NCBI GenBank assembly: GCA_963796275.1
Contig: CAWCKY010000007.1
Location: forward strand, 32,001-96,000
Source: an uncultured Acidobacteriota bacterium
Lineage (GTDB): Bacteria; Acidobacteriota; Blastocatellia; RBC074
Direction of reading: 5' to 3'
DNA: 64,000 nucleotides
The number at the start of each line of letters is the position of its first letter. The first letter of the stretch is position 1. Shown here piece after piece: positions 19,246 through 31,500 of this stretch. The translations under genes and the position numbers were made by a program. Below the pieces are notes generated by a model that ran no database searches, had not been told where the DNA came from, and saw nothing but the letters and a program-made list of their open reading frames with translations.

Positions 19246-20700
19246 TTATCTGGGTATTTCGGTGTCCATACCTTCAAGCTTTTTTAAACGGTAGCGCAAT
19301 TGATCGCGCGAAATGCCCAGCAATTCGGCCGCTCGCGTTTGATTGCCACCGCTGCGATTCATCGCCTGCTCGACCAGCGCCATCTCCACCGATTCGAGTT
19401 GAACTCCCTCGGGCGGCAGCTGGAAAAGCCCGGACAGACTCGCGGTCTTGGCTTCCATAACCTTATCATCTGCCACGGCCGGCGTTTTTATAGGCTCGCT
19501 CGCTTGTGTTTCGGGGTGCATTTCAGGTGAAATGCCGCGCGGTAACCAGGTCGCGGTGATCAAATCACCGTCTTCGAGGATCATTACTCGCTCTATCACA
19601 TTACGGAGCTCACGCACGTTGCCCGGCCACGAGTAACGCCGGAATATCCAGGCTACTTCCGGCGCGAGTCCGGATATCTTTCTTCTGAGCCGCTCATTGA
19701 AACCGCTGATGTAGTGTTCGGTCAGCAGCAACACGTCGTCGCCGCGTTCACGCAGGGGCGGCAGATCGATCTGGATTACCGATAGGCGGTAATAGAGATC
19801 GATGCGAAAGCGCCCGGCTTCGCTCTCAGCTTTAAGATCGCGATTCGATGCCGCGATCACGCGCATGTCGAGAGGGAGGTCTTTCAATCCGCCGACGCGC
19901 CGGAAAGCTCCTTCCTCGAGCACACGCAAGAGCTTCGCCTGCAGACCGAGCTCGAGCTCGCCGATCTCGTCCAGGAAGATCGTTCCGCCTTCAGCCTGCT
20001 CGAACAATCCTTCCTTGCGCCCCTTGGCATCGGTGAAGGCGCCCTTCTCGTATCCGAATAATTCGCTTTCGATCAGCGTCGGTGGAATTGCCGCGCAATT
20101 GATCGCCACGAAAGGCTCTTCGGCGCGGCGCGAGCCATAATGGATAGCTTTGGCCACGAGATCTTTTCCGGTTCCGCTCTCACCCTGTAGCAGCACTGAT
20201 GAGGCTTCGCTCACGGCGACCTTGCGAGCCATCGCGATCATCCCCTTCAAGGCCGGCGATTCTCCGATAATTTGCTCGAAACTGAATTCGCGGGTGCGCT
20301 CGCGCCGGATCTGATTGACCTCTTTGCGAAGTTGATTGGCCTCAAGGCCATTGCGAATCGTGACGTGCAGTTCGTTGAGGTTGATCGGTTTGCCGATGAA
20401 GTCATAGGCTCCGCCGCGCAGGGCCGCCAGCGTATCCTCGACCAAGACATTGGCTGTGATCATAATCACAACTGCTTGCGGCTGGCGGCTCTTGATTTCT
20501 TTAAGGGCATCCAGCCCTGAGCCGTCAGGCAGGTTTATGTCAAGCAGCACGGCTGCGGGACGATCTGACTCGAATGAAGCGAGCGCCTGCGAGATCGTCC
20601 CCGCTTCAATCGGCTCATATCCCCATCCCCGCAAAGCTTCTTTCAGAGTCCAGCGGATCGCCCTTTCATCATCGACCACCAGGATCTTTTGTTTTGCCAT
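19246..20700 (-). CDS. sigma54-dependent NtrC/AtoC-family response regulator (REC-AAA+-Fis HTH)
   Basis: LVVDDE receiver, GESGTGKD Walker [24 protein letters not shown] and [14 protein letters not shown]. Confidence 0.95.
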   Translation of the reverse strand: MAKQKILVVDDERAIRWTLKEALRGWGYEPIEAGTISQALASFESDRPAAVLLDINLPDGSGLDALKEIKSRQPQAVVIMITANVLVEDTLAALRGGAYDFIGKPINLNELHVTIRNGLEANQLRKEVNQIRRERTREFSFEQIIGESPALKGMIAMARKVAVSEASSVLLQGESGTGKDLVAKAIHYGSRRAEEPFVAINCAAIPPTLIESELFGYEKGAFTDAKGRKEGLFEQAEGGTIFLDEIGELELGLQAKLLRVLEEGAFRRVGGLKDLPLDMRVIAASNRDLKAESEAGRFRIDLYYRLSVIQIDLPPLRERGDDVLLLTEHYISGFNERLRRKISGLAPEVAWIFRRYSWPGNVRELRNVIERVMILEDGDLITATWLPRGISPEMHPETQASEPIKTPAVADDKVMEAKTASLSGLFQLPPEGVQLESVEMALVEQAMNRSGGNQTRAAELLGISRDQLRYRLKKLEGMDTEIPR

Positions 20701-21098
20701 ACTATTAGGTATTACCTCCGCTTTTTGATGAGCAATTATCTTGCCACGCAGAAGGTATCTGAGAAAGGGATACGGGACAGTCTGTCCTGGACGTGATGCT
20801 AAGTATTCTCAGCAGCCGTGATATCTCGAACTCATCGTTCCAGACACCGATGGCGAAGAGTGCTGGAAAATGGAGCTCCCGCAGGCGATACGTGACCATT
20901 TATGCTGAACTTAATTTGCGCGTGGAAGGGCAAGTTTGTGCCAGGGTAAAGCGTCCTGTTTCCCATCGTATATATAAAGATTGACAACGGATGGTGGGGG
21001 ATATTGCGCGACCGGCTGCATAAAAACACGAATTAAATTAGCCGCGTTCTGCGTGGGGCATGAGCGGCAGATGAAAATGACATATCATGAGGTGATAC

Positions 21099-22412
21099 GT
21101 GCCGGCACCGCGCGAGGCCTTGTGGAATTTCAAGACTGGAACGTGCTACGCTGCGCTCCGCACGATACGAAATTCCCCCCTGTCGCCTGAAGCAGGCAGT
21201 CCCCTTGTCGCGAAACTTATGGAGAAAGCGAGCGACCATTTGCACGACATGCAACTAGAAGCGTCCGAGGCGATGTTCCGAAGTTTGCTGGAATCTGCGC
21301 CTGATCCTATTGTGATAGTCAATCGACACGGCCAGATCGTGCTCGTCAATACGCAGACAGAGAAGGTCTTCGGTTATAGCCGTGAAGAGCTGCTTGGCCA
21401 GCCGATTGAAATTCTGATTCCGGAGCGATTTCATATCAAACACGTCGGTCATCGCGCCAGCTATTCGGCCGATCCGCATAGGCGTCCGATGGGCATCGGG
21501 TTAGATCTCTCGGCTCGGCGAAGAGACGGGTCTGAGTTTCCGGTCGAGATCAGCCTCAGCCCGATGGAGACCGGGGTTGGGCGTATCGTCACGGCTATCA
21601 TTCGCGATACAAGTGAATGGAAGCGTGTGGGAGTAGAGTTGCGCATGCTCAATCGAGATCTGGAACAGCGAGTGCGCGAGCGCACCGCACAGCTTCACGA
21701 GCGCACCACGCAGCTTGAAGCCGCAAACAGGGAGTTGGAAGCGTTCTCTTACTCGGTCTCGCACGATTTGCGCGCCCCCCTACGCCATCTGAGCGGATTC
21801 GCCAGACTCCTGAAGGAGCGCGCCGCCGAAAGTCTAGACGAGAAGAGCCTGCGTTATATCCAGAATATCGATGAAGCTGCCGGATTAATGGGTAAATTGA
21901 TCGATGACCTGCTGGCTTTTTCCAGGATGGCGCGCGCCGAGATAGCCAAGAGCCACGTCAGCTTTGATCAGACGGTCAAGCGAGTGTTTGAAGTTTTGCA
22001 GCCGGAAATGCAGGGCCGAAAGATAGTTTGCCAGATTGATTCACTTCCGGATACCGAAGGCGATCAGACGATGTTTCGCCTGGTCTGGTCGAACTTGATT
22101 TCGAATGCCTTGAAGTATACGCGTACGCGTGATGAAGCGCACATCGAGATTGGAAGCGCAAAGAACGACCAGGGCGAGACGGTCTATTTCGTCCGCGATA
22201 ACGGCGTCGGATTCGATATGCAATATGCCGATAAGCTTTTCGGAGTCTTTCAACGACTGCACAGTAGAGAAGATTTCGAGGGTACCGGAATCGGGTTGGC
22301 CACCGTTCAACGCATTATTCGACGCCACGGAGGTTCGGTCTGGGCCGAAGGCAAAGTGGGTAGCGGTGCGACCTTCTACTTTTCATTACCTTCTGATGAG
22401 GAAGGAGTTTAG
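21099..22412 (+). CDS. PAS sensor histidine kinase (start likely 21219 or 21249)
   Basis: PAS ([10 protein letters not shown]...[13 protein letters not shown]), [13 protein letters not shown]-box, [17 protein letters not shown] and GTGIGLA. Confidence 0.93.
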   Translation: MPAPREALWNFKTGTCYAALRTIRNSPLSPEAGSPLVAKLMEKASDHLHDMQLEASEAMFRSLLESAPDPIVIVNRHGQIVLVNTQTEKVFGYSREELLGQPIEILIPERFHIKHVGHRASYSADPHRRPMGIGLDLSARRRDGSEFPVEISLSPMETGVGRIVTAIIRDTSEWKRVGVELRMLNRDLEQRVRERTAQLHERTTQLEAANRELEAFSYSVSHDLRAPLRHLSGFARLLKERAAESLDEKSLRYIQNIDEAAGLMGKLIDDLLAFSRMARAEIAKSHVSFDQTVKRVFEVLQPEMQGRKIVCQIDSLPDTEGDQTMFRLVWSNLISNALKYTRTRDEAHIEIGSAKNDQGETVYFVRDNGVGFDMQYADKLFGVFQRLHSREDFEGTGIGLATVQRIIRRHGGSVWAEGKVGSGATFYFSLPSDEEGV

Positions 22413-22414
22413 AA

Positions 22415-22876
22415 ATGGTGATTGAAGTGAGACCTATTCTGCTCGTGGAAGATGACCGCAAAGACGTCGAGCTGATCTTGGCGGCATTTTCCGAAAATAA
22501 CATCAGCAATGAGGTGGTCGTGGTTCGCGACGGTGTCGAAGCGCTCGATTACCTCTACCGGCGAGGAAACTATGCCGCGCGGGAGGGAAGTCATCCACTG
22601 GTTATTCTGCTCGATCTCAAATTACCGAGGCTGGATGGGATCCAGGTGCTGCAAAATTTGAAAGCCGACCCGCAGTTGAAATCCGTTCCGATTGTGATGC
22701 TCACTTCTTCGCGCGAGGAGAGCGATGTAGTGCGTAGCTATAACCTGGGTGTCAATGCATATGTGGTTAAGCCGGTCGACTTCCTTGAGTTCTCCGACGT
22801 GATCAGACAGATCGGTCTCTTCTGGACGGTCGTAAATCATCCGCCGCGCATATACACGAAGAGTCACAATGACTGA
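22415..22876 (+). CDS. Single-domain response regulator (Rcp1-like)
   Basis: ILLVEDD, LLDLKLP, MLTSSREE and YNLGVNAYVVKPV. Confidence 0.93.
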   Translation: MVIEVRPILLVEDDRKDVELILAAFSENNISNEVVVVRDGVEALDYLYRRGNYAAREGSHPLVILLDLKLPRLDGIQVLQNLKADPQLKSVPIVMLTSSREESDVVRSYNLGVNAYVVKPVDFLEFSDVIRQIGLFWTVVNHPPRIYTKSHND

Positions 22877-24947
22877 GATGACGATGAATCGATCCAACGG
22901 AAGCGTGGCTGAATCTGATGAGTCGGCGAAAAGGCCCTTACGCATTCTTTTGATCGAAGACGATCGACTGGACGCGGAATTGACCGAAGAGACGCTCGCC
23001 GGCGAAGGGGTCGTTTGCGAGATCAGCCGGGTAGAGACGCGAGCCGATTACCTGGTGGCGCTGGAGGAGGTCTCTTACGACCTGATAATTTCGGACTATT
23101 CCTTACCTTCGTTCGATGGCATGACCGCGCTCGGCATCGCGCAAGAGACCTGCCCCGATATCCCTTTTATTCTGATTTCCGGCAGGTTCGGCGAAGAACT
23201 CGCTATCGATGCGCTTAAGAGCGGCGCAGCGGAATATGTGCTCAAGCAAAAGCTGGAGCGGCTTGCTCCGGCCGTTCGCCGCGCCTTGCGGGAGGCCGAA
23301 AACAGGATGGCCCGTAAACGAGCGGAAGAGGCATTGCAGCAGGCGTATGAAGAACTGGAAAGACGCGTGCAGGATCGCACTGTCGAATTGAGATCGGCCA
23401 ATGAATCCTTGGAAGCGGAGATCGTTGAGCGTAAGACGAGGGAGAAGAAGATCACCGAACAAGCCGCGCTGCTCGATCATGCGCGCGATGCGATCCTGGT
23501 CCGAGGGCTTGATGATCGTGTTATTTACTGGAACAGGAGCGCCGAACGTATCTATGGCTGGTCTACGGCAGAGGCTGTTGGCCGGAATATCGTGGAGTTG
23601 TGTTACGGTGACGATCGATCGCAATTCGAAAAAGCTAAAGAAAGGTTGTACGAGAATGGTGAGTGGAGCGGGGAATTGCGCCATCGTACCAAATATGGCA
23701 GAGAGAGAATGGTAGACAGTAGCTGGACTCTGGTGCGCGATGAGGAGGATCATCCGCAGTCGATCTTCACCATCGACACGGATATCACAGAAAAGAAGAA
23801 GCTCGAAGCGCAGTATCTTCACGCGCAACGTATGGAGAGCATCGGCACGCTCGCCAGCGGCATTGCGCATGACCTTAACAACGTACTCTCGCCCATCTTG
23901 ATGGCGATCCAATTGCTGCAGATCAGGTTTAACGATGAAGACAGCCACCGTCTGCTCTCGGTATTGCAGGAGAATACCGAACGCGGAGCCGAGATGATCA
24001 AGCAGGTCCTCTCCTTTGCCAGGGGAGTTCAGGGAGAACGCGCCCCCCTGCAACTGAGCCATCTGGTGCGCGAGATGGCCAGAACGCTGAGGAGCACCTT
24101 TCCTAAATCGATAGAGGTCAGAATCTCGCTGGTGGAAGATCTGCCGACCGTCTCCGGCGATGCCACGCAGTTGCATCAGGTGTTGATGAACCTGTGTGTC
24201 AATGCGCGTGACGCTATGCCTTACGGTGGGAGACTGACGATAGAGGCCGAGGATATCCACCTTGATCAAACGTTTGCGGATACTCACATCGATGCCAAAC
24301 CCGGGCCTCACCTGGTGATTACGGTGAGCGACACAGGAGCCGGCATCCCGCCGGAGATCATTGATAAGATATTCGAACCTTTCTTCACAACCAAGGAAAC
24401 GGGCAAGGGAACAGGTCTCGGCTTATCTACTGTGATCGGGATCGTGAAGAGCCACAGCGGCTTCATCAATGTCTACAGCGAGGTCGGTAAAGGGACACTA
24501 TTCAAGATATATCTGCCCGTCGTGGATATCGGGCGACTAAGGCGAGCCGAGGATTTACCCACTGAGATTCCATTCGGTCATGGAGAAACGATTCTGGTCG
24601 TAGACGATGAAGCCGCGATTCGTGAGATAGCCAGGCAAACGCTCGAGAACTTCGGTTACCAGGTGTTGACCGCTAACGATGGTGCTGAGGCGATAGCGCT
24701 CTATGCCGAACAAAAAAACGAGATCGAGGCGGTGTTGACCGATATGATGATGCCGTTTATGGACGGACCGGCCACCATTCGCGCGCTACATAGGCTCAAT
24801 CCTGGTGTCAAGATAATTGCCACCAGCGGACTCGATGCCAACGGGAATATGGTCGAAAGCGCCGGTGCAGGCGTGCGGGCATATTTGTCGAAGCCATATA
24901 CGGCGGAAAAATTATTACTTATACTTGCTGATGTGCTCAACGAATAG
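22869..24947 (+). CDS. Hybrid sensor kinase REC-PAS-HisKA-HATPase-REC
   Basis: N-terminal receiver, [12 protein letters not shown]-box, [25 protein letters not shown] and C-terminal receiver (TDMMMP). Confidence 0.93.
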   Translation: MTEMTMNRSNGSVAESDESAKRPLRILLIEDDRLDAELTEETLAGEGVVCEISRVETRADYLVALEEVSYDLIISDYSLPSFDGMTALGIAQETCPDIPFILISGRFGEELAIDALKSGAAEYVLKQKLERLAPAVRRALREAENRMARKRAEEALQQAYEELERRVQDRTVELRSANESLEAEIVERKTREKKITEQAALLDHARDAILVRGLDDRVIYWNRSAERIYGWSTAEAVGRNIVELCYGDDRSQFEKAKERLYENGEWSGELRHRTKYGRERMVDSSWTLVRDEEDHPQSIFTIDTDITEKKKLEAQYLHAQRMESIGTLASGIAHDLNNVLSPILMAIQLLQIRFNDEDSHRLLSVLQENTERGAEMIKQVLSFARGVQGERAPLQLSHLVREMARTLRSTFPKSIEVRISLVEDLPTVSGDATQLHQVLMNLCVNARDAMPYGGRLTIEAEDIHLDQTFADTHIDAKPGPHLVITVSDTGAGIPPEIIDKIFEPFFTTKETGKGTGLGLSTVIGIVKSHSGFINVYSEVGKGTLFKIYLPVVDIGRLRRAEDLPTEIPFGHGETILVVDDEAAIREIARQTLENFGYQVLTANDGAEAIALYAEQKNEIEAVLTDMMMPFMDGPATIRALHRLNPGVKIIATSGLDANGNMVESAGAGVRAYLSKPYTAEKLLLILADVLNE

Positions 24948-25315
24948 CTCACCTGATCTGGCGACCCCTCCAAGCATAGAGCTTATACGTTTTATACGCA
25001 TTGGTAAGGCTCTTCGCTTCCGAGTGAATATAAGTAAAGTGACAGTCTGGTCGTGGCGAAGTGCGAATTCGTACTCGAACGTCCAAGGATGTCTTCCATG
25101 ACATGCCCAGTTAATGATATATATATCTTAATGAACCGCACGAGAATTGGGGACTTCCCATGAAGCTTTACTCGCGCGGCTTTCTCGAATTTCCTCTCAC
25201 TGAAATGATAGTGATATAGGTTGCCCTTCAAGCCAAGAATCAAGTGGCTAACTGACCGCAAACGTTCAGAATCACAACGCTACGCATACAAACACAAGGA
25301 GATTTTTATACCGAT

Positions 25316-25501
25316 ATGATGAATAGAAAATTAGCTGGTAAGTTATTGCTGGTGATGCTCTTAGCTGGCTGCAGCCTGGGGCTTGGGAATGTTGAGGCTG
25401 CTTCTCAATCTAGAAGTTCTAGTGTCTTGGCATGTCCAGCAGGGTGTGATGTTTGTATCGAGATTTTAAGTATTACTATTTGCCTCGGCCTCCCTGGTTA
25501 A
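25316..25501 (+). CDS. Small secreted Cys-rich peptide (61 aa)
   Basis: RBS-like AAGGAG upstream, signal or lipoprotein-like N-terminus (LLAGC; VEA-A), C-terminal CPAGCDVC...IC, and a downstream hairpin. Confidence 0.55.
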   Translation: MMNRKLAGKLLLVMLLAGCSLGLGNVEAASQSRSSSVLACPAGCDVCIEILSITICLGLPG

Positions 25502-25628
25502 AGTTGAGTCTGGGGGACACGCCTCCTTTGGCTGAATAGTTCTTATGTAAAGCCAGGGGCAGCATCAAGAGGCTTGCCCTGCAATCCTGCTTGACCCCAA
25601 CTTGCCCGGCGCGAACGTACATTCTCCA

Positions 25629-25658
25629 AGCCGGGGGATTCTATTAGCTCCCCCGGCT
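25629..25658 (+). terminator. GC-rich hairpin, probable intrinsic terminator
   Basis: 10-bp stem AGCCGGGGGA / TCCCCCGGCT with a weak T tail. Confidence 0.5.
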
Positions 25659-25756
25659 CTTGCTTGATAATTACCCACTTTAAATTTCACAGCCTTCATT
25701 TATATAATCTGTAGAGTTTTCCTTCCCTACTGTGCAGGCTAAACTCCACCCAAAAT

Positions 25757-25936
25757 TTGGCAAAGTTCCCCAATCGCTGCGCAAAAATCCGCAATCGCCC
25801 CAACCGTTCTGTTAGCGCGTTTGTCATATGCCGAATGTAACTTTGATGGAGGAGGATGATTTAGGGCCTCCTATGCTTCCATTGCGGTCTGGAAATGGGC
25901 GGGATACCGAGTGAAATCCGTGGCCAGAGAATTGCT
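25757..25936 (+). promoter_or_regulatory. sigma54 promoter with paired upstream 16-bp boxes
   Basis: TGGCCAGAGAATTGCT with GG 25922-23, N10, GC 25934-35. Boxes TTGGCAAAGTTCCCCA (25757-72) and TGCGCAAAAATCCGCA (25778-93) start 21 bp apart. Confidence 0.65.
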
Positions 25937-26038
25937 TATCATTATTTCGGGGTCATTACCGATGCCGGCTTCAAATGATCGAGATGAATGTCATCAAATT
26001 GATAATTTCAACATGAAGAAAATGATCAAGGACAGGTT

Positions 26039-26809
26039 ATGCCGAAAGAGAAAGTATTAGTTGTCGATGATGAGCCGATGATTCGCGGATTGTTATGTGA
26101 GGCTCTACAGTGCTGGGGATATTACGTGAGCGAAGCTGGAACTGGCGCACAGACGCTGGCGACGCTCGGCGATTCTCAGATCGCAGCCGTGCTGCTCGAT
26201 ATCAATCTGCCGGACAGCTCCGGTCTTGATTTGCTGCGTGAAATCAAGCGTCGATGGCCGAGGGTTGCCGTGGTAATGGTTTCGGCGGAGACCTTCTATG
26301 ATACGGCAGTCTCTGCTCTGCGCGGCGGCGCCGACGATTTCATCGGGAAGCCGATCCATCTCGATGAATTGCGCTTCGCGCTGAATCGCGCCATTGAGAC
26401 GAGCAATAAAGATGGAGAACGAATGACAGTCGATAAGCCGCGTGTGCTCATCATCGGCGACTCAGCTGACCGGATTCCGTATCTTCAATCGGTATTCAGT
26501 CCGAACGAGGTGGAGATCGCAAGTGTTGTCTATCCTGAAGAATGGGGCCACTCTGCCACCGGCAAGTACGATTTGGCTTTGATCGATGTAGGTCCGGATT
26601 TCCTGGAGTCTCTGCTCAAGACTATTCGGACAAATAGCACCGACATTCCTTTGTTAGTGGAGAACAGCAGGGTTGCCATGTCAACCAATATTGCAGGGGT
26701 CCTGCCGAAGTATCGCGCTATGCCATGCGGGCGCAATGAAATGATCCGGCTTGCGCGCCGTCGCCTCGCTTCAATCACCAGTCGCGGACGAGCGAAAAGC
26801 TTGCTCTGA
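26039..26809 (+). CDS. Response regulator with receiver plus degenerate second receiver-like domain
   Basis: VLVVDDE...LLDINLPD...DFIGKPI is similar to the receiver of the NtrC-like gene. The C-half RVLIIGD...YDLALIDV is a pseudo-receiver. Confidence 0.85.
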   Translation: MPKEKVLVVDDEPMIRGLLCEALQCWGYYVSEAGTGAQTLATLGDSQIAAVLLDINLPDSSGLDLLREIKRRWPRVAVVMVSAETFYDTAVSALRGGADDFIGKPIHLDELRFALNRAIETSNKDGERMTVDKPRVLIIGDSADRIPYLQSVFSPNEVEIASVVYPEEWGHSATGKYDLALIDVGPDFLESLLKTIRTNSTDIPLLVENSRVAMSTNIAGVLPKYRAMPCGRNEMIRLARRRLASITSRGRAKSLL

Positions 26810-27053
26810 TAGGCGGCGGGCGCGTTGATTTCAATTTATCCCCCCGCGCGCTGGGCAGCCGAAATCCCCCATCGGCGCTCAGCGCATTCATTCCCCAAGA
26901 TGCGAGCAATATTCCGAACAGACTGCCGAGTAAGCGTAGAGTCAGGCATTCCACCCACAGTTATCGCGCGAGCTCACGCGAATTCCCAATGAACCGCGAA
27001 TGAGGCTCGGCGGCTTGCAGTTATCCCTGAGAAATGCTCCTCTCTTGTTCACT

Positions 27054-27884
27054 TCACCTTATCGGGAGGCGGTGACGGGCTAAGAAGGCGGCCAACCCCT
27101 CTGCCATGCCTTGCGGATTCTGTAAGTACAACAGATGCGCTGCGCCGGAAAGGACAAACGGCTCTGCATTTGGCAGCCAGGTGAGCAGAAGTTGCTGACG
27201 CTCGTCCCAGATCGGGGACATTTCCATACTCATCTCCCCGACTACCGCGAGTATCGGTTGTGTGATCCGCCTTGCGTCATCCCGGCTGAACGGCCACTGT
27301 TGGATGGCGGGCATCTCCTGACCGAAGAATGTATCCGCGTCGGCCACGGCGTGGTCGAATGCCTCGGGGAGCACTCGATCCAGCAAGGCACGGTAGCCTG
27401 GCCCGCAGGTTCCCAGCAAGAAGGTATCGACCGCCCCAGCCTTGTCGCCGGCCCGGTAAAGCTGCATGGCCGTACCAACGAATGACCTAGCGGTCTGTGC
27501 ACTCGGGACCGTCATCAGCGCGGGTTCCAGGACGGCCAATGTCTGCACCACGTCCGGGGCATCGAGAGCGAGTTGCAGAGCGATATTCCCGCTCGATGAA
27601 TGGCCTACAATGTGCGCCCGCGCGATTCCAAGGTGGCGCATCATCGAACGCAAGTGCGCCGCATGCTGCGCGAGACTGACCGAACCCGCTACGCGGCTGC
27701 TGCCCGCGTAGCCGACGCGATGATAGCGAATCAATAGATAACGGTCAGTAAGGGCTGGCTCATCCAAAAGCGGCTTGAACCAGTCGGCGAAGACGCCGGC
27801 ATGGATCAGTACGACCGGCTCACCATCTCCGCGCGTCTCGTACTCGAGTTCAATACCGTCAAGGGCTACTCTTTTTATGGGCAT
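27054..27884 (-). CDS. Alpha/beta hydrolase
   Basis: Start MPIKRV after GGAG RBS. Motifs GEPVVLIHAG, GHSSSG nucleophile elbow and GAAHL. Confidence 0.88.
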   Translation of the reverse strand: MPIKRVALDGIELEYETRGDGEPVVLIHAGVFADWFKPLLDEPALTDRYLLIRYHRVGYAGSSRVAGSVSLAQHAAHLRSMMRHLGIARAHIVGHSSSGNIALQLALDAPDVVQTLAVLEPALMTVPSAQTARSFVGTAMQLYRAGDKAGAVDTFLLGTCGPGYRALLDRVLPEAFDHAVADADTFFGQEMPAIQQWPFSRDDARRITQPILAVVGEMSMEMSPIWDERQQLLLTWLPNAEPFVLSGAAHLLYLQNPQGMAEGLAAFLARHRLPIR

Positions 27885-28546
27885 CTTATTACTCCCTGTG
27901 TGGGAAGGTTCGGACATTGAGGCGATCTCCGATCGATCATAACCACATAGTATCGCTATTACTTTCGGTGTGAGATGGACTCTTAATCTCATCCCCGCCT
28001 GGCATCGACGGGTCACCGCTACGGAAACCGAATCAGAAGAACGATCCTAAGGCCAATAGAATCAACGCATTTACCGTAACATTACTCCATGATACCTGTT
28101 TTCCCTCCATCCGACGAAGGATAATCCGCCTGCTCAACAGTTCGAGAACCTCTCAGAGAGACCCCAACCCGTCTGGTTGGGACGAGTATTTTTTAAACGC
28201 CGTTTTCTAACTTGCTAATATTTTTTGAGTTGATCGATTAGGTTCAAGACCCAAAGAGAGAGAGAAGCTGTCGCCGGAGCCAAAGTGATCGCGCCAACGC
28301 GGCGACCAGCATCAAGTCGTAGAATACGACGAGCCGCAGTGGGGATTACCGATTTTCCAGCCCATTCCGGGGTCTTACAAGCTGGAAGTTAAGAACTTTA
28401 CGATAAAAATGATGAGCGCCGCGGATTTCGCAGGCAGTCCTGCAATTTTACCCCAGGGAGGATAGAACAACATGGGAATACAAGGATTGAGATCGAGTCG
28501 GTTTAGCGGAAATGGATGTTCTCTTAGCAAAACCAAATACAAGCAT

Positions 28547-31500
28547 ATGAAAACGATTACGTGCTTATTCCTTCTATGTTTTTTCTCTTTATCAGTATTC
28601 GCGCAGAGCGATGGATTGCCAAGAGGAGCGTACCTGATGCCATACACGAGGTACGAGGCTACATCAACATCGCTCGCTGGTGGAGCTACGTTGTTAGGGC
28701 CGACGTTTGATCAGACAAAAGTTCAGTCTGAAGCGAGCGATAGAATTTGCGCGAGTTTGTCTGCGGCCAATTCATCGGTAAGCTGGCTGACTACACAGGC
28801 GGGGCAAGGTCTCGTTCTGCGTTATAGTATTCCTGATGGACAGAGCGGCACCCTTGGACTTTATGTAAATAATACATTTGTCCAGAATATCAATCTAACC
28901 ACGAAATGGGCGTGGCAATACTTTGCGAAACCGGGTCAAGGAGACCCTAACCTGCCATCGAATACACCCAATCCTAATGCCACTCAAAGAATGCGTTTTG
29001 ACGAGGTACGGGTATTCCTGGCGAATTCTATTCCGGCAGGCGCTAGTGTAAAACTTCAAAAAGGTGTTGATGGCATTACTTACATGATTGACTTCATTGA
29101 ACTGGAGCCAATCCCTCAGGCAGTCGCATTCAACCCGGCGACTATGCGTAGTGTAACGGAGTTCGGCGCCGTTCCCAACGATGGTCAGGACGATTTGAGC
29201 TCATTCAACAGTGCAAGAATTGCCTTACAGAACTCAGGAAGGACCCTCTATATCCCTGCGGGAACGTTCAATCTTGGTTCTACGTGGAATATCGAAACCA
29301 ACATTTCAATTCAAGGTGCGGGTATTTGGTATACAACCTTATATTTCACAAGCACCGGTTCGGGTGGCATTGTTGGGAATGGCGATAATATACAGCTCCG
29401 CGATTTCTACATGAACGGAGAAAACACGACCAGAAATGAATACAAAGGTCTCACCGGTGGTTATGGCAATAATTCTGTAATCGAAAGACTGTGGATTGAG
29501 CACTTCGAAACAGGCGCGTGGATCACAACCTGGAATGGCGCTATTACGAATGGACTTCGCGTCTCATTTTGTCGCTTCAGAAATAACTACGCCGATGGCA
29601 TCAATTTAACTCGCGGCAGCAGTAATTGCATCGTTGAACAGTGTAACATGCGGAACAATGGCGATGATGCAATTGCCACCTGGTCTGCCTTCGATGGCCC
29701 TCAGCAGTGTTTCAATAACGAATTCAGATATTGTACGGCAGAAAATACCTGGCGCGCTGGGGGTATCGGTTTCTTTGGAGGCGGAGGGCACAAGGGCCAC
29801 CACTTGTTGATCAAAGATAGCACTGAAAATGGCATTCGCATCAACTCAGACTTTCCCACAGTAGGTAGCTCATTCAGCTCGACCTTATGGATTGAAGTGT
29901 ATGAAACGACGGTTATCGGCTGTGGAACGAATGCGAATCTCTGGCATAACCGTTATGGGGCAGTGGATATCTTTACCCGATTGTATAACGTTCAAAACTT
30001 CAGACTGAGAAACGTCGACATCCAGGGCTCACAGAAGGATGCCGTTATGATTTATGATGTTGCGAGCACGTTCAGAATCTCAAACATCGAGTTCATCAAC
30101 GTTACACTTAACGGAGCAGGTCTTGATGGCAACATCAACAACTACACGCCTCCGACATATGATGATTATGCAGGCTATGGCATTTACGTGCTTCCCGAGA
30201 CCGATGGCTCAATGACAATTACAAATACGAATATTTGTAATACTCCATCCGGGCAGACCAGGAACGATTCAGCCGCTACCTTTGTGATCAATGGCACTCA
30301 CAGCTCTATTTGCGACGGAAATACGAACAATGCTCCGATAGCTAACGCAGGTCCAGATCAGAATTTGGCTTCGGGAACAACATCAGCAAACCTCAGTGGT
30401 TCCGCAACAGATGCGAATGGAGATCCCATAACATACAGTTGGTCTCAAATTGGCGGTCCTACGGCAACGATCACTGAAAATTCAAGTGCAACTACATCGG
30501 TCACCGGACTTTCTAGTGGTAATACCTATGTTTTCAGAATGTCTGCCAGTGACGGGGAAGGTGGAATAGGCACTGATGACATTCAGATTACCGTTCAGTC
30601 TCCACCAAGCAATCTGCCTTCTCCATGGGTAACCGGGGATATTGGCGCGGTTGCTGCTTCGGGCTTTGCCAGCTATAACAGCTCAACTGCGACATTTACC
30701 GCCAATGGATCGGGGGCCGATGTCTGGGATACGGCAGACGAATTCAGATATATCTATCAGCCCATTAATGGCGACGTAACAATTACAGCGCGTGTTGCCA
30801 GCCTGGCCAATACAAATGTTTGGGCAAAGGCCGGGGTAATGATCAGAGCATCAACTGCTGCGGGATCACAGCATGCGTTCACAACCGTGACGCCGGGAAA
30901 TGGTGTGAATTTCCAACGCAGGGCCACAACGAATGGTATTAGCGAGAACACGGGGGGCGGCGCGGGTGCGGCTCCTTACTGGCTGCGTTTGCAGCGTATT
31001 GGAAATACTTTCACGAGTTCGGCCTCAACAAATGGCACAAACTGGACAACAATCGGCTCGGCAACTATTTCTATGGGCGCTACAGCGCTGGTCGGTCTAG
31101 CGGTAGCATCGCATGCTGACGGTACCATTGCTACGGCAACATTTTCCAATGTGCAAATCAGTACGCAATCACCTTCGACGCAGGATCCTTTCCCTGGTCC
31201 TGGTCCTGCCGCGATACCTGGAACAATCGAATTTGAAAACTTTGATACAGGAGGTGAAGGCGTCGCTTATCACGATAACGAGGCGGCAAATGAGGGAGGT
31301 CAAGGAAGAACAACCGAAGGTGTGGATACTGAAATCTGTAGCGAAGGCGGTCTTAACATCGGATGGACAGCCACTGGCGAGTGGTATGAGTATACCGTGA
31401 ATGTTGCGACCGCTGGCGTCTATAACATTGACGTTCGTGTCGCATCGATGTTTGCCGGTGGAGCTTTCCACATCGAATTCAATGGTGTTGATAATACCGG

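Noticed and set aside
23103-24311. 402-aa antisense ORF
   Set aside because: Shadow frame of the hybrid kinase with no recognisable motifs.
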